A model generated the notes under the pieces. It saw only the letters and a list, made by a program, of their open reading frames with translations, did not search any database and was not told the origin of the DNA. A stretch of 64,000 nucleotides of DNA from Chrysomallon squamiferum (Eukaryota > Animalia > Mollusca): positions 8,308,001-8,372,000 of the forward strand of contig CM022670.1 in NCBI GenBank assembly GCA_012295275.1. The letters are read 5' to 3'. Position numbers and translations under genes: made by a program. This document shows, in pieces, positions 13,025 to 27,217 of this stretch; the first letter of the stretch is position 1; every line of letters starts with the position of its first letter.

Positions 13025-13416
13025 ATAAATCTTGGAACCACCCCAGAAATATATCCTGGAACCACCCCCTAAACGTATCCTGGAACCATCTCACAAAACA
13101 TATCCTGGAACCGCCCCCTAAACATATCATGGAACCATCCTCCAAAACATATCCTGGAACCACCCTCAAAATATATGCTGGAATCACCCCCCCAAAAAAA
13201 ACATATCCTGGAACTATCCCCCAAAACATATCCTGAACCACCCCCAAAACATATCCTGGAACCACCCAAAAAAAATATATCCTGGAACCAGCCCTAAAAC
13301 ATATTCATCAAATCTCCCCTAAACATATCCTGGAATATCCATCAGATATATAATCTGGAATCACTTTAAAAAAATATCTGGAACTACCCCTAAAACATAA
13401 CTTGGAACCACCACTG
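13025..13416. repeat. ~24-bp minisatellite, about 16 copies (atatcctggaaccacccccaaaac)
   Basis: Tandem units are directly visible and degrade toward the right end. Confidence 0.95.
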
Positions 13417-16400
13417 AACAAAATAAGCAGTGTGTATTATTGGCGATCTGTAATCAGGAAACTAGAAGGAATGAAGAGAACATTATTTCTAACGTAGATG
13501 TAATATCAGTTTTATCTGCAGCAATCTGTTAATGAATCAACGAAACGATGTAATTAATATTGTACATTTTTCTTTGTGTTAAATGGTTTGAAAAGAATTT
13601 GCTATTGATAGATAATATTACAGTAGACACTTTGGTTTGTATACGTGTGTTCTGTTTGTAATTAATATTAGTTACTTATAGTTATACTGATTTTTATTGT
13701 TATTTAGCACGAAAATGTGTGATTATAATATACAAAATATTTATTTGAAATTAATAAATTGAAAAACATGAATGAACCGTATAATAATAAATATTCATTT
13801 AAAGGCGGCTCAAAATATTTCCCTTTAACGCTTATTAGGCAATGCTATGGATGTTTTATGTCGTAGCTGTACTTATAACTAAGGAACTTATTATTATTAT
13901 TATTATTATTATTATTTTTTTTTTTTTTGAAATTAAACAGTTCTACGAATACACGAAAATACCTATGTTTTGAGAATCATGGTAAAAATGATAAATTAAA
14001 AGAAGACGTATAAAATTAATTAATTAAGAAAACGATGTCATCAGCGATACTCATAATTGTCAATGACGCCCTGAAATTGTGGTTTAAGTAAATATTATTT
14101 TGTAAGCTGTAAAAAGCTAACACGCACAGACACAGAAATAAAAAAAACAAAAACGAAAAGATAAAAAAGGATATGATCATACGATACACAGACATGCCAT
14201 TAATTTAAAATCACAATCATTTTTGTCTTACCTTTCATAAAGAGAATCATAATTTACATAATTTCAGCATTATCTTAGCATTACAGTTTTAATGGCGAGT
14301 TTTTGAATACTTAACACTTTGATTTGACTGTTCTCTATCATACTCTTGACACCACCGATAAATCATATTAAATTTTATCATCTAAAACATATCAAATATT
14401 AAATTAGTTGTCATGGAATAATGAGGAAGTGTTATGAACTTCGTGTCATATAAATTAATTTGATTAAACATTTAAAAAAAGATGTATGATTAGTAAACGT
14501 ATTACAGGTTTATAAAAAAAAAAAAAAAAAAAAAAAAGAAAAAGAAAGATATGTGTTAACCGGTAGAAAGGTCATAATGACACGTGAGAAATAAACAACG
14601 AAAGAGAATATATTTATCTGAAGACAGTCATAAGATAAAAAGATATTTCACGTTGTACTGGTGTTAAACGACTTGTTTAATCTTTCGTTATGGAAATAAA
14701 CAAAAAGAGAATGAAGATTGATTATTTAACGGCACAGAAAATTAAATAACTATCTAACTAACTATATATCTATCTAATTAACTAATTAACTATGTAAGTA
14801 ACTAAACAAATAATTAAATAAAAAAATAAAATAAAATAAAAAAATAAAATAAAACAGATAAATAGCTAAATAAATAAATAAATAAATAATTCTGAGCTAT
14901 TAAATAAATAAATCTCACAAATTTTCCCTAAATGTGAGAAGGTGTATATAAAATATCCTTTTCTGAGCCTATGAAAGGAACGTTAAGAATCAAATTATTT
15001 TTACCCTGTTTCAGAATAAATATTAATTATTCGCTTTATTTCCTTACAGGAATAAATAGGAAGAATTAGGAAAAGAACATTTAGTGCAATGGTTTACTAT
15101 AATAAAATAACAAATATATTATGTGTTTTTGTGTCTGTGTGGAATAATATAGTCTGAATTTTAAAGGTGTGTATGTATGTGTGCAATGGTTTACTGTATA
15201 TGTTTGCTTATATGTGTGTATGTGTGTTTGTATATAAACATATATCAAACGAATATTCTTAACGCAAAACAAACTGTACAAATCTCACCTCTTCCTGTCT
15301 GTTCATTAGCGACTATGACATCAAAACCGACAGGTTTGAAAATTCTCACAGCTATTTCCTAGAAATCGTCTTTATCGTTATGATAAAACACCGAGCGTCC
15401 GCTGCACACAACTTTATTTTTTTTACTTCATTTTGCTCGAGTGTTTCCATTGGTGACAACAAGCCACACTTGAAGTACTTGCTTACAGCTCTCGAGTGTT
15501 CACCTCGTTCTGCTGAAGCAGATTGTCTAACAACCTTCAGGGCCTTACCTCTGTAATTTCAACATTTAATCGGCGATCATGGAAGGGGCTGGGTGCCATT
15601 GTTGTTGGTCAGAAAAGCATAATTGGCAGCCTTTCGGCTTTCAATGAGTTGGAATCACCGATGAATGCAAACCAAACTGTACAGAGGCTTCAGATGTTTG
15701 TATCAGTACTGGTAGATCCTGGATGAATCAAACTGGAAACGGCTTGTAAAAAAAAAAGCTCGGTTCTACATGAAGAGTTGCGGTGGGGGTGAAATGTAAA
15801 AAAGTTTTTTTTTTTTTTTTTACGGGACCTGTGTACACAGCCATGGGCTGTTGTAACGGAACCGGGATTACAGAGAAATGCGACCCGCACAAGCAGACTG
15901 GTGTTTCGATCAACATTTAGTCTAGTTACACAATCTGTAATCAAATTTTGATGTACTTATATCTGAAGGCAGTTTGCGGCTTATGTGTTGCCTACATTAC
16001 CAAAGCCGTCCTGAGAGCCTTTCTTTTTAAGAGCGAAAAATAATATATTATAGTGTTTCTTTGACGGTGTCTTTGAAAACACTGTTACACAATCAATGTT
16101 TTTATTTTCTTAAATAAATTCTAATTAAAAGTCTGTTTGTTATGAAAATGTCTGCAAGAGGGATGGATATACGTTTGTTTTGTATACCATTTTAATCTTG
16201 GTTATATATAACTTTAAAAAAACACACTTTTAAGCTATGTTTATTTTTTATTTTAAAAAGATAAATATCTTTATAATTGAGATAAAAACACGAATTTTAC
16301 AAAGCTTTTGTTTTGAATATAATTATGTTATAAATAAACCATGTTTATTATTATTATTATTATGATTATTATTATTATTATTATTGTTATTATTATTTTG

Positions 16401-17389
16401 ATTTTTTTTGTGTTTTTTTTTGGTAAAAGCACCTTCGTAAATAGGCAGATATCCTCGTACGTATAAATATTCAGTAAATACAAACAACAACACAATTTAG
16501 TACATCGGCGCATGTACTCACAGACATAAATATTCCATACAACTTGTACATAAATTCATAAAAAAAAGAACGCTGACGCAAACTCATGCGCACACATATA
16601 GTGTTCGTTACTGTAACCTAATTTCACATTAAATTCACACGAATGTAGATCAAGTGTTTTCGTTTTTTATTCCGTTTATAATCTACTAATACATTAGAGT
16701 CAATTTACTCTTTAAGATTACACACATTATCATAATTAAAAAAAACCTCAGACACGATAAAAAAAATATTAACTGTTACAGACTCTTGACAAATGTGTTT
16801 TGACACATTGACTGATGTTTATATACTTGATATTCATTTTGTATATCTACAGCTTCTTTCACAAACGCTGTATGTCAATGGAAACCCTTCAGACCATGTC
16901 ATTAACGATTTCAAGAGGCTCTCTACAAAATGAACGGCATCAGTAAAGACAGAGCACCCGCCTCTTCGTCACGTTTTGAAGATGGCCAAACTGGGAACTA
17001 CCACACAACACGATACCCCGGTGTCGGGTGTAGAATCACTTCAAAGCCGAGAAGATCTTGGACGTGACAATCAAGATGAACTTGTATTCACTTATAAAGA
17101 AGAAGAAGTTGAACGGCAAAGGAGAAGATCATACAGAGACGTTCGAATTACCCATTGTGTAGGAATCATCGTCTCTTCATCGGCGTGTCTATATTTATAG
17201 CGAAATATTAAACAGGGTTGTCAGAATAAATACTAAATAGGGTTGTCAGAATATATATTATAAAATGAACCTGCGCACAGCGACCACCCAAAAATATACA
17301 AACGGTAATTCAGAAACACCTGTCAGTTCAGATAACGTTTTAAAACATAAATTGACAACATTCATTATCAATACTGGACTTCTTAGCAA

Positions 17390-17464
17390 GAAAGATATGT
17401 TTTGTTTAATAATGCTGACAACACAATTTAATTAATGTTTACGATATATCTATATCTACATCTA

Positions 17465-17552
<88 letters not shown>

Positions 17553-17558
17553 AATCTA

Positions 17559-17624
<66 letters not shown>

Positions 17625-17790
17625 CACATACATACATACATACATACACGTATATATTAGTAAGAAGGAATGAAAAAACCCAATTCCGCTTCCCTAATAA
17701 TTAGCAGCGAGAAATCTTTTTATGTACCATCCCACAGACAGGAGAGTGTGCACTCCGCGTCCACTGATACATCATACGTACGACACTAAA
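17390..17790. mobile_element. Degraded SINE-like fragment interrupted by (TCTA)n/(TA)n
   Basis: ttagcagcgagaaatctttttatgtaccatcccacagacagga (17701-17743) resembles, from memory and not a database search, the core ttagcagcaagggatcttttatatgcaccatcccacagacagg of an abundant gastropod tRNA-derived SINE. atgttttgtttaa at ~17397 resembles its other end. Confidence 0.55.
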
Positions 17791-18719
17791 TTTTAAAATT
17801 AATATAAATTTATTATAGATTATTTTTTTTTATTAATAGAACTTCTAATTCATGTCTCACTGTTTTGAAAAAAGGTGTAATGAATGTATCTGTTATTATG
17901 TGAGGAACGAATTTTGTTATTTTTAACATTTAAATAACTCTCCCATAAAAACAATACACACACATACACACATATATATATATAACAACCCAGAAATAAT
18001 CATTAAAACAAAATCACAATAAAATAAATTAATTAATAAATAAAAATAAATGAACAAACAAACAAATGAACAAACAAACAAACAAACAAATAACAAATAA
18101 ATGAATAAATAACGAGAACAACAAAACAAGAAATAACATACATAAATAAAAAAAAAAAAAAAAAAAAATCCATAAAGAAAACAAAAAACAAGAAAGCGAA
18201 AAAGAAAACAGATAAGAAAAGATGGTCACAAAAGTAACATTCTCTTTCTGACAGAAGCCAGAGGGCATCGCGTAAGAACTGATTCTGTTGTTTGTTTTCT
18301 GCAGTTCAGCGTTGCGAAAGACGAAGAGAGAGATGAGTTAGAGTCTAATTAAAACGTCAGACTGTTCAATACAGTCGGTGTTGTGTCATTCCAGGTACAG
18401 ATCTCAGTTCACGGTCATCTCCCTGCCCCACAGGCACGTACAGAAATGTCACAGACATTCTTCTACAATTTCTGTCTCTTTGCTCATCAGCTGTTAATAA
18501 TTCTTGTCTTTTGTTCACTTTTAAGTCTCGCTTTTGTAAGTTTTTTTTTTTTTTTTTTTGTTGAATTTTTCATTTTGTGTTTATTTACTGTTATTTCTAA
18601 TGTTGCTGTTGCTAATATTATTTCTAACGCTTATAAAACTACTAACAATATAATGATCATAATAATTATTCGTATCGCTTTCATTATTACAATTGCATTA
18701 TTTTAATTATTGTTATTGT

Positions 18720-18892
18720 CTTTAGTTTTTACTACTGCTACTACTTCTATTACTACACCAACTACTACTACTGCTACAACAACAACAACAACTACTACTA
18801 CTACTGCTACTATTACTACTGCTGCTACTACTACTACTGCTACTGATACTACCACTACTACTGCTGCTATTAGTTCTACAGAAACTATTTTC

Positions 18893-18931
<39 letters not shown>

Positions 18932-19145
18932 TGAGGAGGAGGAAGAATAAGAAAATGAAAAAGAATAAAGTTATTACTATTATTATTATTATTGTTATTA
19001 TTATTATTGTTATTGTTGTTATTATTATTGTTATTATTATTGTTATTGCTGTTATTATTATTATTTTTACTATTATTACTGTCATTATTATTATCATTAT
19101 TATTATTATTATTATTATTGTTATTATAGTTTTTGTTGTTGTTAT
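18720..19145. repeat. Compound trinucleotide microsatellite (ACT/AAC/AAT/ATT)
   Basis: Directly visible; source of poly-T/V/I ORFs. Confidence 0.9.
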
Positions 19146-19308
19146 AAAAGATTTCATTAGAATCAGCTTTAATAACAAACGCATATATTTTCTCTTAAAT
19201 TATAATCTTCTCAGTAATAAAAACGTTTCAGTTAATTAATTATTTGGGACAATGATATAAATAGCTTCGACCTTAAATTAAGACAATAAATTGTTTTATT
19301 ATATATGA

Positions 19309-19312
<4 letters not shown>

Positions 19313-19402
<90 letters not shown>
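19313..19402. repeat. (GA)n microsatellite
   Basis: Pure AG repeat. Similar tracts at 20263-20330, 20399-20474, 21843-21918, 25477-25559 and 45865-45962. Confidence 0.98.
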
Positions 19403-19404
<2 letters not shown>

Positions 19405-20257
19405 TTGAAAGTCAATAGATAGCAAGTTAAACGAACATTTTACAAGATGTATTTGCTGACAGAAGACTTTTGTTAGACAATTGACACGATAACGTTAACT
19501 GTTGAGTAAACGTCGTAGCTCACGGCCACGCAGCTAATGTTTCTACTCATGTCAAAGACGTCACGACCGTGTTCGTAAATAACCATTACCGTTTGTCAGC
19601 TCGGTGATTATTTATACAAACTCAACGTTTATCGTCGAATTCGCGGTACTCTTCAAATAAAAGTAAGGTTCACATTTGTATATATCTGTCGAGAAGTGAC
19701 CAAAGCCCACTTACAGAACTAAACAAGAAATTATGATGTCCGTTTCTAAAGGTCAGACAGGGTCGGACGTTAGGGATGGAAGACACCAAAGAAAGTATGT
19801 TTACTTGTTTTGACACAAAAGGAAATGTGTCATCTTTTGTTCTTAACTTTGGTTAATTTCCAAACACCGGTTTTATTATTGTTTCGAGATTTGAGAATTT
19901 GACTTTTTAACGGGGGTCAAAGTTAGTGATATTCAGGTTAAGCGTTTTGGTGACATCCATCATGACTTAAGCTTTCTAATTAAGAAATTTATGATAGAAG
20001 CGAGTGGCGGAGATATTCCGATGATGTACGTAGTTATGTCGTTAAGCGGCGTCGTTACAGGCAGTCATCTTCTCTTCCAGATTTATCTTACAACATACGA
20101 CGATGTGGAATTATTAACTGTAACAAAACCAGAAACATCCATCGCTTAGTATTTACTTCTTAGTATTCGTAAAAATAAATCTTGTATTTATTAATTCATT
20201 CGGATTTTGGTTGTTTTCGTTAAAACATATTCATGTACGGGTAAGAAGAAAAACGGT

Positions 20258-20331
<74 letters not shown>

Positions 20332-20397
20332 AAAAGAAAAAGAGAAATAGAAAGAAAGGATAAAGGAAAGAGAAAGTTAAGGAGAGAAAAATAAAGT

Positions 20398-20476
<79 letters not shown>

Positions 20477-21825
20477 ATTCAAAGAATGAAAAACAAAAGA
20501 AATCGAGTAAGATAATTGGAATGAATGACTTTCATACACTCAGACAAACACACAAATACTCACACACCCTGATATACACATTATTAAAGAAGGAAAACGG
20601 AAAGTGTGATTTACATTAAGACGGGAAATAATAAAAATAAAAAGAGAGACACAGACAGAATCAAAAAGGTCAAAGCTGATGGTGGTCAGGTTAAGTCTAT
20701 CCATCACGACCATCATCGCTTAATCCGCACACATTTAAATATCTTTGATAAAACAGAAAAACAAAGGTCTTCACAAACCTCAGTGGTCAAGATGTAAAAG
20801 TAAATCTTGTTTACCTTGTTAAGTGCTTTTGTATTTGTCATGGACCTGAAATGTTTTAATTGTCTGCAGAAATAAATGTCTTCACTTGTTGATGGATTAT
20901 ATTCTGTTACAAAAGTCACTGGACTGGTTTACTGCCATTACTTGTCATGTTTTGTTTCTGCAAAGATGTTGTTTTACGGAAAAGTTCGTCCAGTTTTAAT
21001 TATTGTCAGTGAGAGGCATAACAAACACAAAGACTGAATTAAAATTACGGAGAAATACACAGAATCAGTTATAAAGATAAACAGATCCATATAATGGACT
21101 ATTGATAGAGATAGATAGATAGATAGATAGATAGAGGCTGATATAGATGGACAGAAAGATACAGTGACATATACGCAGAAAAAGAGTGAGCGAGAAAGAG
21201 AATGAGAAAAGAGAAAAAAAGAAATAGTTTGACTGTAATTGCGTTTTATAGAAAGAATCATTTGTTCTTTCATACGTCTTTTCATTTTGTTCCATGTGTT
21301 ATCAGTTTCATTTGTTTTGTTTTGTCATGCTACAACAGTAACTGGAGCAGCGTATTTAGCGATTCTGTTAGATCAAATTCATGCAGTGTATCTGAAATAA
21401 CAGTACATCTGGCCGTTTGTTCGTGTATTCACGTCTAACCCAGTGTAAATAACGGAGACACTGTTTACCTCAGTTTTGTCTCTAGGGTACGAGGATTCAC
21501 GAGGTGTTACGAACGATAAATAGAACGAAACGAAAGACGTTTTAATTAAACCCGACACGTGAGCAAAACACTGAATATTTTAAAACACTCTACTAGCAGT
21601 TTAAATAGAGGAAAATGAATGTAGGAGGTTCATTCTCGAATGAATTATTTAAATTCTGTCTGACTGTATGTCTCTCTGTGTCTGTCTGTCCGTCTTTTTA
21701 CATATCTACATATTTGTCTCTTTATCTAGACAGCTAAAGAGAGAGCCATACATTTACTGATAAACATAGAGAAAGATAGACATATGTTTGATACATATTG
21801 AGAGAGAGAGATTGAGAGAGATATT

Positions 21826-21922
<97 letters not shown>

Positions 21923-22599
21923 GTAGTTTCGATTAACAAAGAAATTTAGTCAGATGAAAAAGAAATAAAGAAGGTAGAATGAGAAAGAGAAATGAAATTT
22001 AAAAAATTATCGAAAGACGAAAGCATAAAAAATATAGAGATAGAAAAAACTTTTAAACATTTTGGTATTGCACACCAGAGCACTTGTTCACATATTTAAC
22101 GTACTTACTGCACGTACGTGTGTGCATATGCATATTCACACATTTAACTGTTCAAATCTAGAAGCAATACTTTTTTGATTTAATTTCTTTTCACCATTTA
22201 CAGGTATATAAATTAATTAACCGCCAAAATTGATCTCATATTATGTCGTCGAAGACATTTTACTTGATAATTATCTGTTTTATTCAAATTATATATCTCT
22301 ATAAATGCAGTCCTTGAAAATTATCTGATATAAAGTTTCCTGTAACTTCATAGGATTGGCTTGTGTTGTTTTATATTTTTATGTAAGTCGTATCTTATTA
22401 TCTGAATCTGTTTTTGATTTGTATAGAAAGTGAAATTAAAAAAGAAAAAAAATATACATGTCTGTTTGTCTTTATGTGTGGAGACCATGCTAATAATTAA
22501 GATATTCGTTTATATCTATCAATTTATTTTATGTTTTTAAAAAATATAAACTTTGTAAAGACAGCTTGTTCTCAGATACAGTAATAGTAGTGGTACTAA

Positions 22600-22650
<51 letters not shown>

Positions 22651-22763
22651 ATATTTGTAATAAAAAACGCTAATTTTACTATAAACAACCAGAAAGTATA
22701 TATATATTTTGTTTTTAATTAAAATATATTTTTTTTTTTATAAAATGATTTTTTTTAATTGAA

Positions 22764-22844
<81 letters not shown>

Positions 22845-22991
22845 TGTTTAAACATTACACAAGTAGGCCGACTTTAACTCGGATTCTGTATTACACACTA
22901 AATAATCTTCAAGTCAAACTCTAACAAATATTTATCCTCTAGATCCCCCAAAATCCCACTAAATCGGCTCTAAGGACTTGTAGATCCTTAC

Positions 22992-23410
22992 CTTATCTCG
23001 TTCTCCGCTACAATCTTCAAACGACGACTTCGACAACGATTCCTCAGCAGAAAAAACAAAAAGTAGCAAAAGACAGAGATCGGAGTAAGTTATTAACCTC
23101 TGACGTTTCGATTCGGATCTGCTCGTTACTACGATCACATTATGATAATATGGCAGGCTACCAGACAAAGAGAGACCCATGGAAATCCATATTTCATTTG
23201 TTTGCCTTCTCATCTCGCTAAACAAGCGCAGGTTTTGTTTCAACGGCGGCGAATTAACCTCGAGTCTTTGGCAAAAACTTGTGTCAACGTCTGCTAAGAC
23301 AAACACAAGCAAGTCTTCATGTTATTTCGCACATGAGAATCCCCCTGCGCGAAAATGGGCGGGTTTGAATTTAATAAACGCAAAGAGAACATTTTGAAAC
23401 GGCGGGATGA
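22992..23410 (-). promoter_or_regulatory. Candidate promoter plus non-coding first exon on the minus strand
   Basis: Strong donor AAG|GTAAGG (exon end 22992) at the edge of a CpG-rich island. The island carries an E2F-like TTTTCGCGC (23347-23355, minus), GC box GGGCGGG (23357-23363) and GGCGGGA (23401-23407). Confidence 0.4.
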
Positions 23411-24093
23411 AAAACAAATTCGGTGAGAATCAATTTTTGAATGTTTTATAAGGAAAACGGCGTTGAAAATAGGAAATGCCAGCCGATGAGGACAAATATG
23501 ACGAGTTGTTGGTTATGTCGTTATAACAGTGGTATGTGCTGTTGATTAACATATATCCATTTATATATGTATGTGTGTTTGCATGTATATATGTATATAT
23601 TAAGTATGTATATAATGTATGGATGGATGTATATGGGTGTATATATGTATGTGCATATACGTGTATGTATACATGTATCTGTGTATGTATGTATGTGCAT
23701 GTATGTATGTGTATGTATGTATATGTATATATGTATGTATGTATGTATGTAGTTTAGGATTTTGAATATTCTCTGTCTTATGTATCAAGACAACCTATGT
23801 CTCTTTGTCTGTCTGTCTGTACGTATCTATGTTCGTATGTACGTATGTATGTATGTATGTTTATAGTTATGTAGAGAGAATTTTTTTTTAAATAAACACA
23901 CAGAATCACAAATAATAACACACAAACACACACACACACACACACACTAACGTACATTCATAAGCAACATGTCAAATATAGTAATATTATCTACAAACCT
24001 CTTTTGACCAGATAAAACAATAAGAAAAACGACCTTCAACAGTTTTATACTCGTTACACAACGCGGACTCATTCTCACACACTGAATATTTTA

Positions 24094-24176
24094 TTACGAC
24101 GAACGAAAGTGCTGTCGCTAGTGTTCGTGCGGTTTTTATTACTGTCTCTTTTACGACGAATCAAAGAACTGCCGCT
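24094..24176. repeat. Short diverged direct repeat (57-bp period)
   Basis: ttacgacgaacgaaagtgctgtcgct (24094) versus ttacgacgaatcaaagaactgccgct (24151). Confidence 0.75.
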
Positions 24177-25472
24177 GCTGTGTATCTGTTTTTTATTTTT
24201 ATTAACGTCTGCCTTAAGTGACTCCACAGCCGTAACACGACATCCATTACGACATCGGTATATCTCGTATTGATCGGTAAACGATAAAACCAAATTTTTT
24301 ATTTTCTTACGTAGAGCGAGGGCATCGTACGTAACTGCTAGGTGAAATGGTGTCACACTCAGGTATTCCGTGATTTCTGCGGCGTACACCTGAGTGTAAT
24401 AAAATTTGACTGAGCAGTAAATGGTAATTCAGTAGTATGATGTTACGAGTCTGCGGTAATACTTGTGTGAGTGAATGCACGGTGTAAATGGTTTGCAGTC
24501 GTAATTATGGGAATATGTCGATCTGGTTTGGTGGAAGTAGTAATGGTTTTAATGATAATGATGATGGTTGTGATGACGATAATGATAATAAAAGTCGGCA
24601 GTTGAAATAGTAATGCAGTAATAGAAGTAGTACTTGAAGTAGTACGTGAAGTAGTAGAACAGCAGTAGTAAGAGCACAACAGAAGTGTGTTTTTAAATTT
24701 ATGTAAGAAAATTATCAGCGGTAGACTAAAATTTAATTTTATTAACAGATTTCGTTGCTAGGAAGAAAATGCGATTTCAGTTTGTTAAAGATTTTAAATT
24801 ATTAATTACACACAACGTCTATAGCATAAAAAAAAAGTAAAGATAAACGGTAGAAGAAAGAAAAAAAAAACAATCTCCTCAATTATTTACACACAATAAT
24901 AATTTTCTGTGTGTGTGTATGTATGTGTGTATGTGTGTCTGTGTCTGTTCTATTGAAACTCAAAAAAAAAAAACCTATTTAAATTTATTTTTTCTTTTAT
25001 TTCAAATTCATCGGAAATGTAATTTGTATGCCTAATAAGTTAATTTAAAAATTTAAATTTAAATCACAAAAATCTTTCCATCGACGGAAAAATTAAGAAA
25101 ACATTAAAACATTCAAAATAAAAAACCTTTCGTTAAGAAGAAATCCAGAATAATTTATCGGAAATAAATTCAAACAAAAAACAGTTTACGAATGTTACAA
25201 AAAGTTTTCATTCCACATTAAAATATTTATATAAAATACAGGACGTTTCCACATTTGTGAGAGAGATGTTGGAATTCAGGAAGTTTAAGACATGAAGTGA
25301 ACCAGTGGGAACATTTTACATAAAACACTGCAGTCGTTCATAGTAAGATGTAGTGAAAACAACACCAGGAATTATTATTACAAATTGTCCACATAGTTTA
25401 GAGAGAAGAATAAATCCATTATATTATAATAAGGGTGGGAAAAAAGTAAAAGAATGATCACTTAGGGGAAAT

Positions 25473-25560
<88 letters not shown>

Positions 25561-26286
25561 AAATTAAATAGGAAAATGCAATCCCATCACAAATAAGCGC
25601 GTACACGATAATGCACGAACATTCTGGTGTTAAAATTATTAACGAACGAACGAAAATATAACGAAATATTTACTATTAAGAATAATAAAATTAGGAATTA
25701 TGATTAAATATCATTCACAAGGTTTAGACAAATGTCAGAGAAGAATCGAACCATTATAATTTATTAACATTACAGAAATATCAGTTTGCGGAAACAAAAA
25801 TCTTTTAATTGGGCGTTAACAGCTACCAAAGAGACTGATATTTATTTAAGAAATATGAAAGTACACACACAGGTGCAACAGACAATACACAATTGTGTTA
25901 TAATTGTTTTAGAAAATTCCTTGTAGCTATTTAGTTCCTGCTCTAGAACAAAGAATAATTTATTTTTCTTTAACCATGAAGAATGTTGTTATAATTGGTG
26001 ATGAAATTCTCTCAGTAATATCGCTTATTGTTCTCGAAAATGGAGACAATGGTTAGAAGAAGACGTGAAGGGTCGCATGTTCCAGTAATCGTTATTAAAG
26101 TTACGGTAAATGTTTGTGTTTTCGTATTTATTATGGGAGAATGTGTGTGTGAAAAGGAATTCTAGCTGATGGAATATTGTTGCGTGTTGTCTTAAGAATA
26201 TCAGTGAGAAATAGCAAATGTTCGAAGAAAAAAATATTAATACAGTTACATAAAACTGAAAAAAAAACACCAAAAAACTCTCTCTC

Positions 26287-26320
<34 letters not shown>

Positions 26321-27217
26321 TAATAAATATTTTAAAAACATCAGTTTGGAGTTACTTTGTCTACAACAATAATTTCTTTGCTTTCCAGATCTTACGTCAA
26401 TTAATTCAAGGCCAACTTTGAGTTCACAAAGAACTCTTATAATAATATGTGCAAAAAAAACCCCAGATGATTCATAATGAACTACAATCATTCTTTCCTT
26501 CATTTAAAAATTAAAAATAATAACCCAATATCTTGACTGCATATTTGAAAGATGAATTCAAGCAGAGACAATAAGGTTTTGGATTTTTCGTTTTTCCACT
26601 GTTTTTTCTTTGTGTCTGACAAACATCACCAGACTGCTAGTGTACAGAACAAGACTGAATGGCCAGTGTTTCGTTGCTTTGAGTATCGAGTGATCACGCC
26701 AAATACTTCCATTCATAGAGAATTTTTAACATTTTGAGAACAAACAGCGAAACAAAAGCCGGCTGATGATGAAGAAACTTGACTTGTTAAGATCGGTAAT
26801 GAATCCAAGTTCATTATCATGGAGAACAGAAACTGTTTTCATAAAGAGAACTTTGTTTTCTCGATCTAGGTGTTCACAGTGCAGTTATACAGTAGTGATG
26901 TCATATAAGAGAATGGAAAATTAAAAAAGAAAAGAAAATAACAATAGCAACAACAACAACAACAACAACAACAACAAAAGAAAGAAAGAAAGAAAGAATA
27001 AGAAAAAAAAGATATTAAAATATAAAAATAAAAATAAAAATAAAAAGTCTTCTCCTCGCTGGCCTTTTAGAACTGAATGGTTTGTGAAAATTTCCAGATC
27101 TTTTCCTCGCCGTTACACCTATAAATCTATTTCTCGATCCAACCAATGTCTCCTCGGAGTGCTGAATGACATAAAATATATCTTGTTTCCCGCTGCGGGT
27201 TTCCTCTGTCACTGTCT

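Noticed and set aside
13025-13416. Possible CRISPR-like array
   Set aside because: Eukaryotic context, head-to-tail units without unique spacers, no cas genes.
21781-21802. Similarity to miR-190
   Set aside because: Seed mismatch, no precursor hairpin, embedded in microsatellite.
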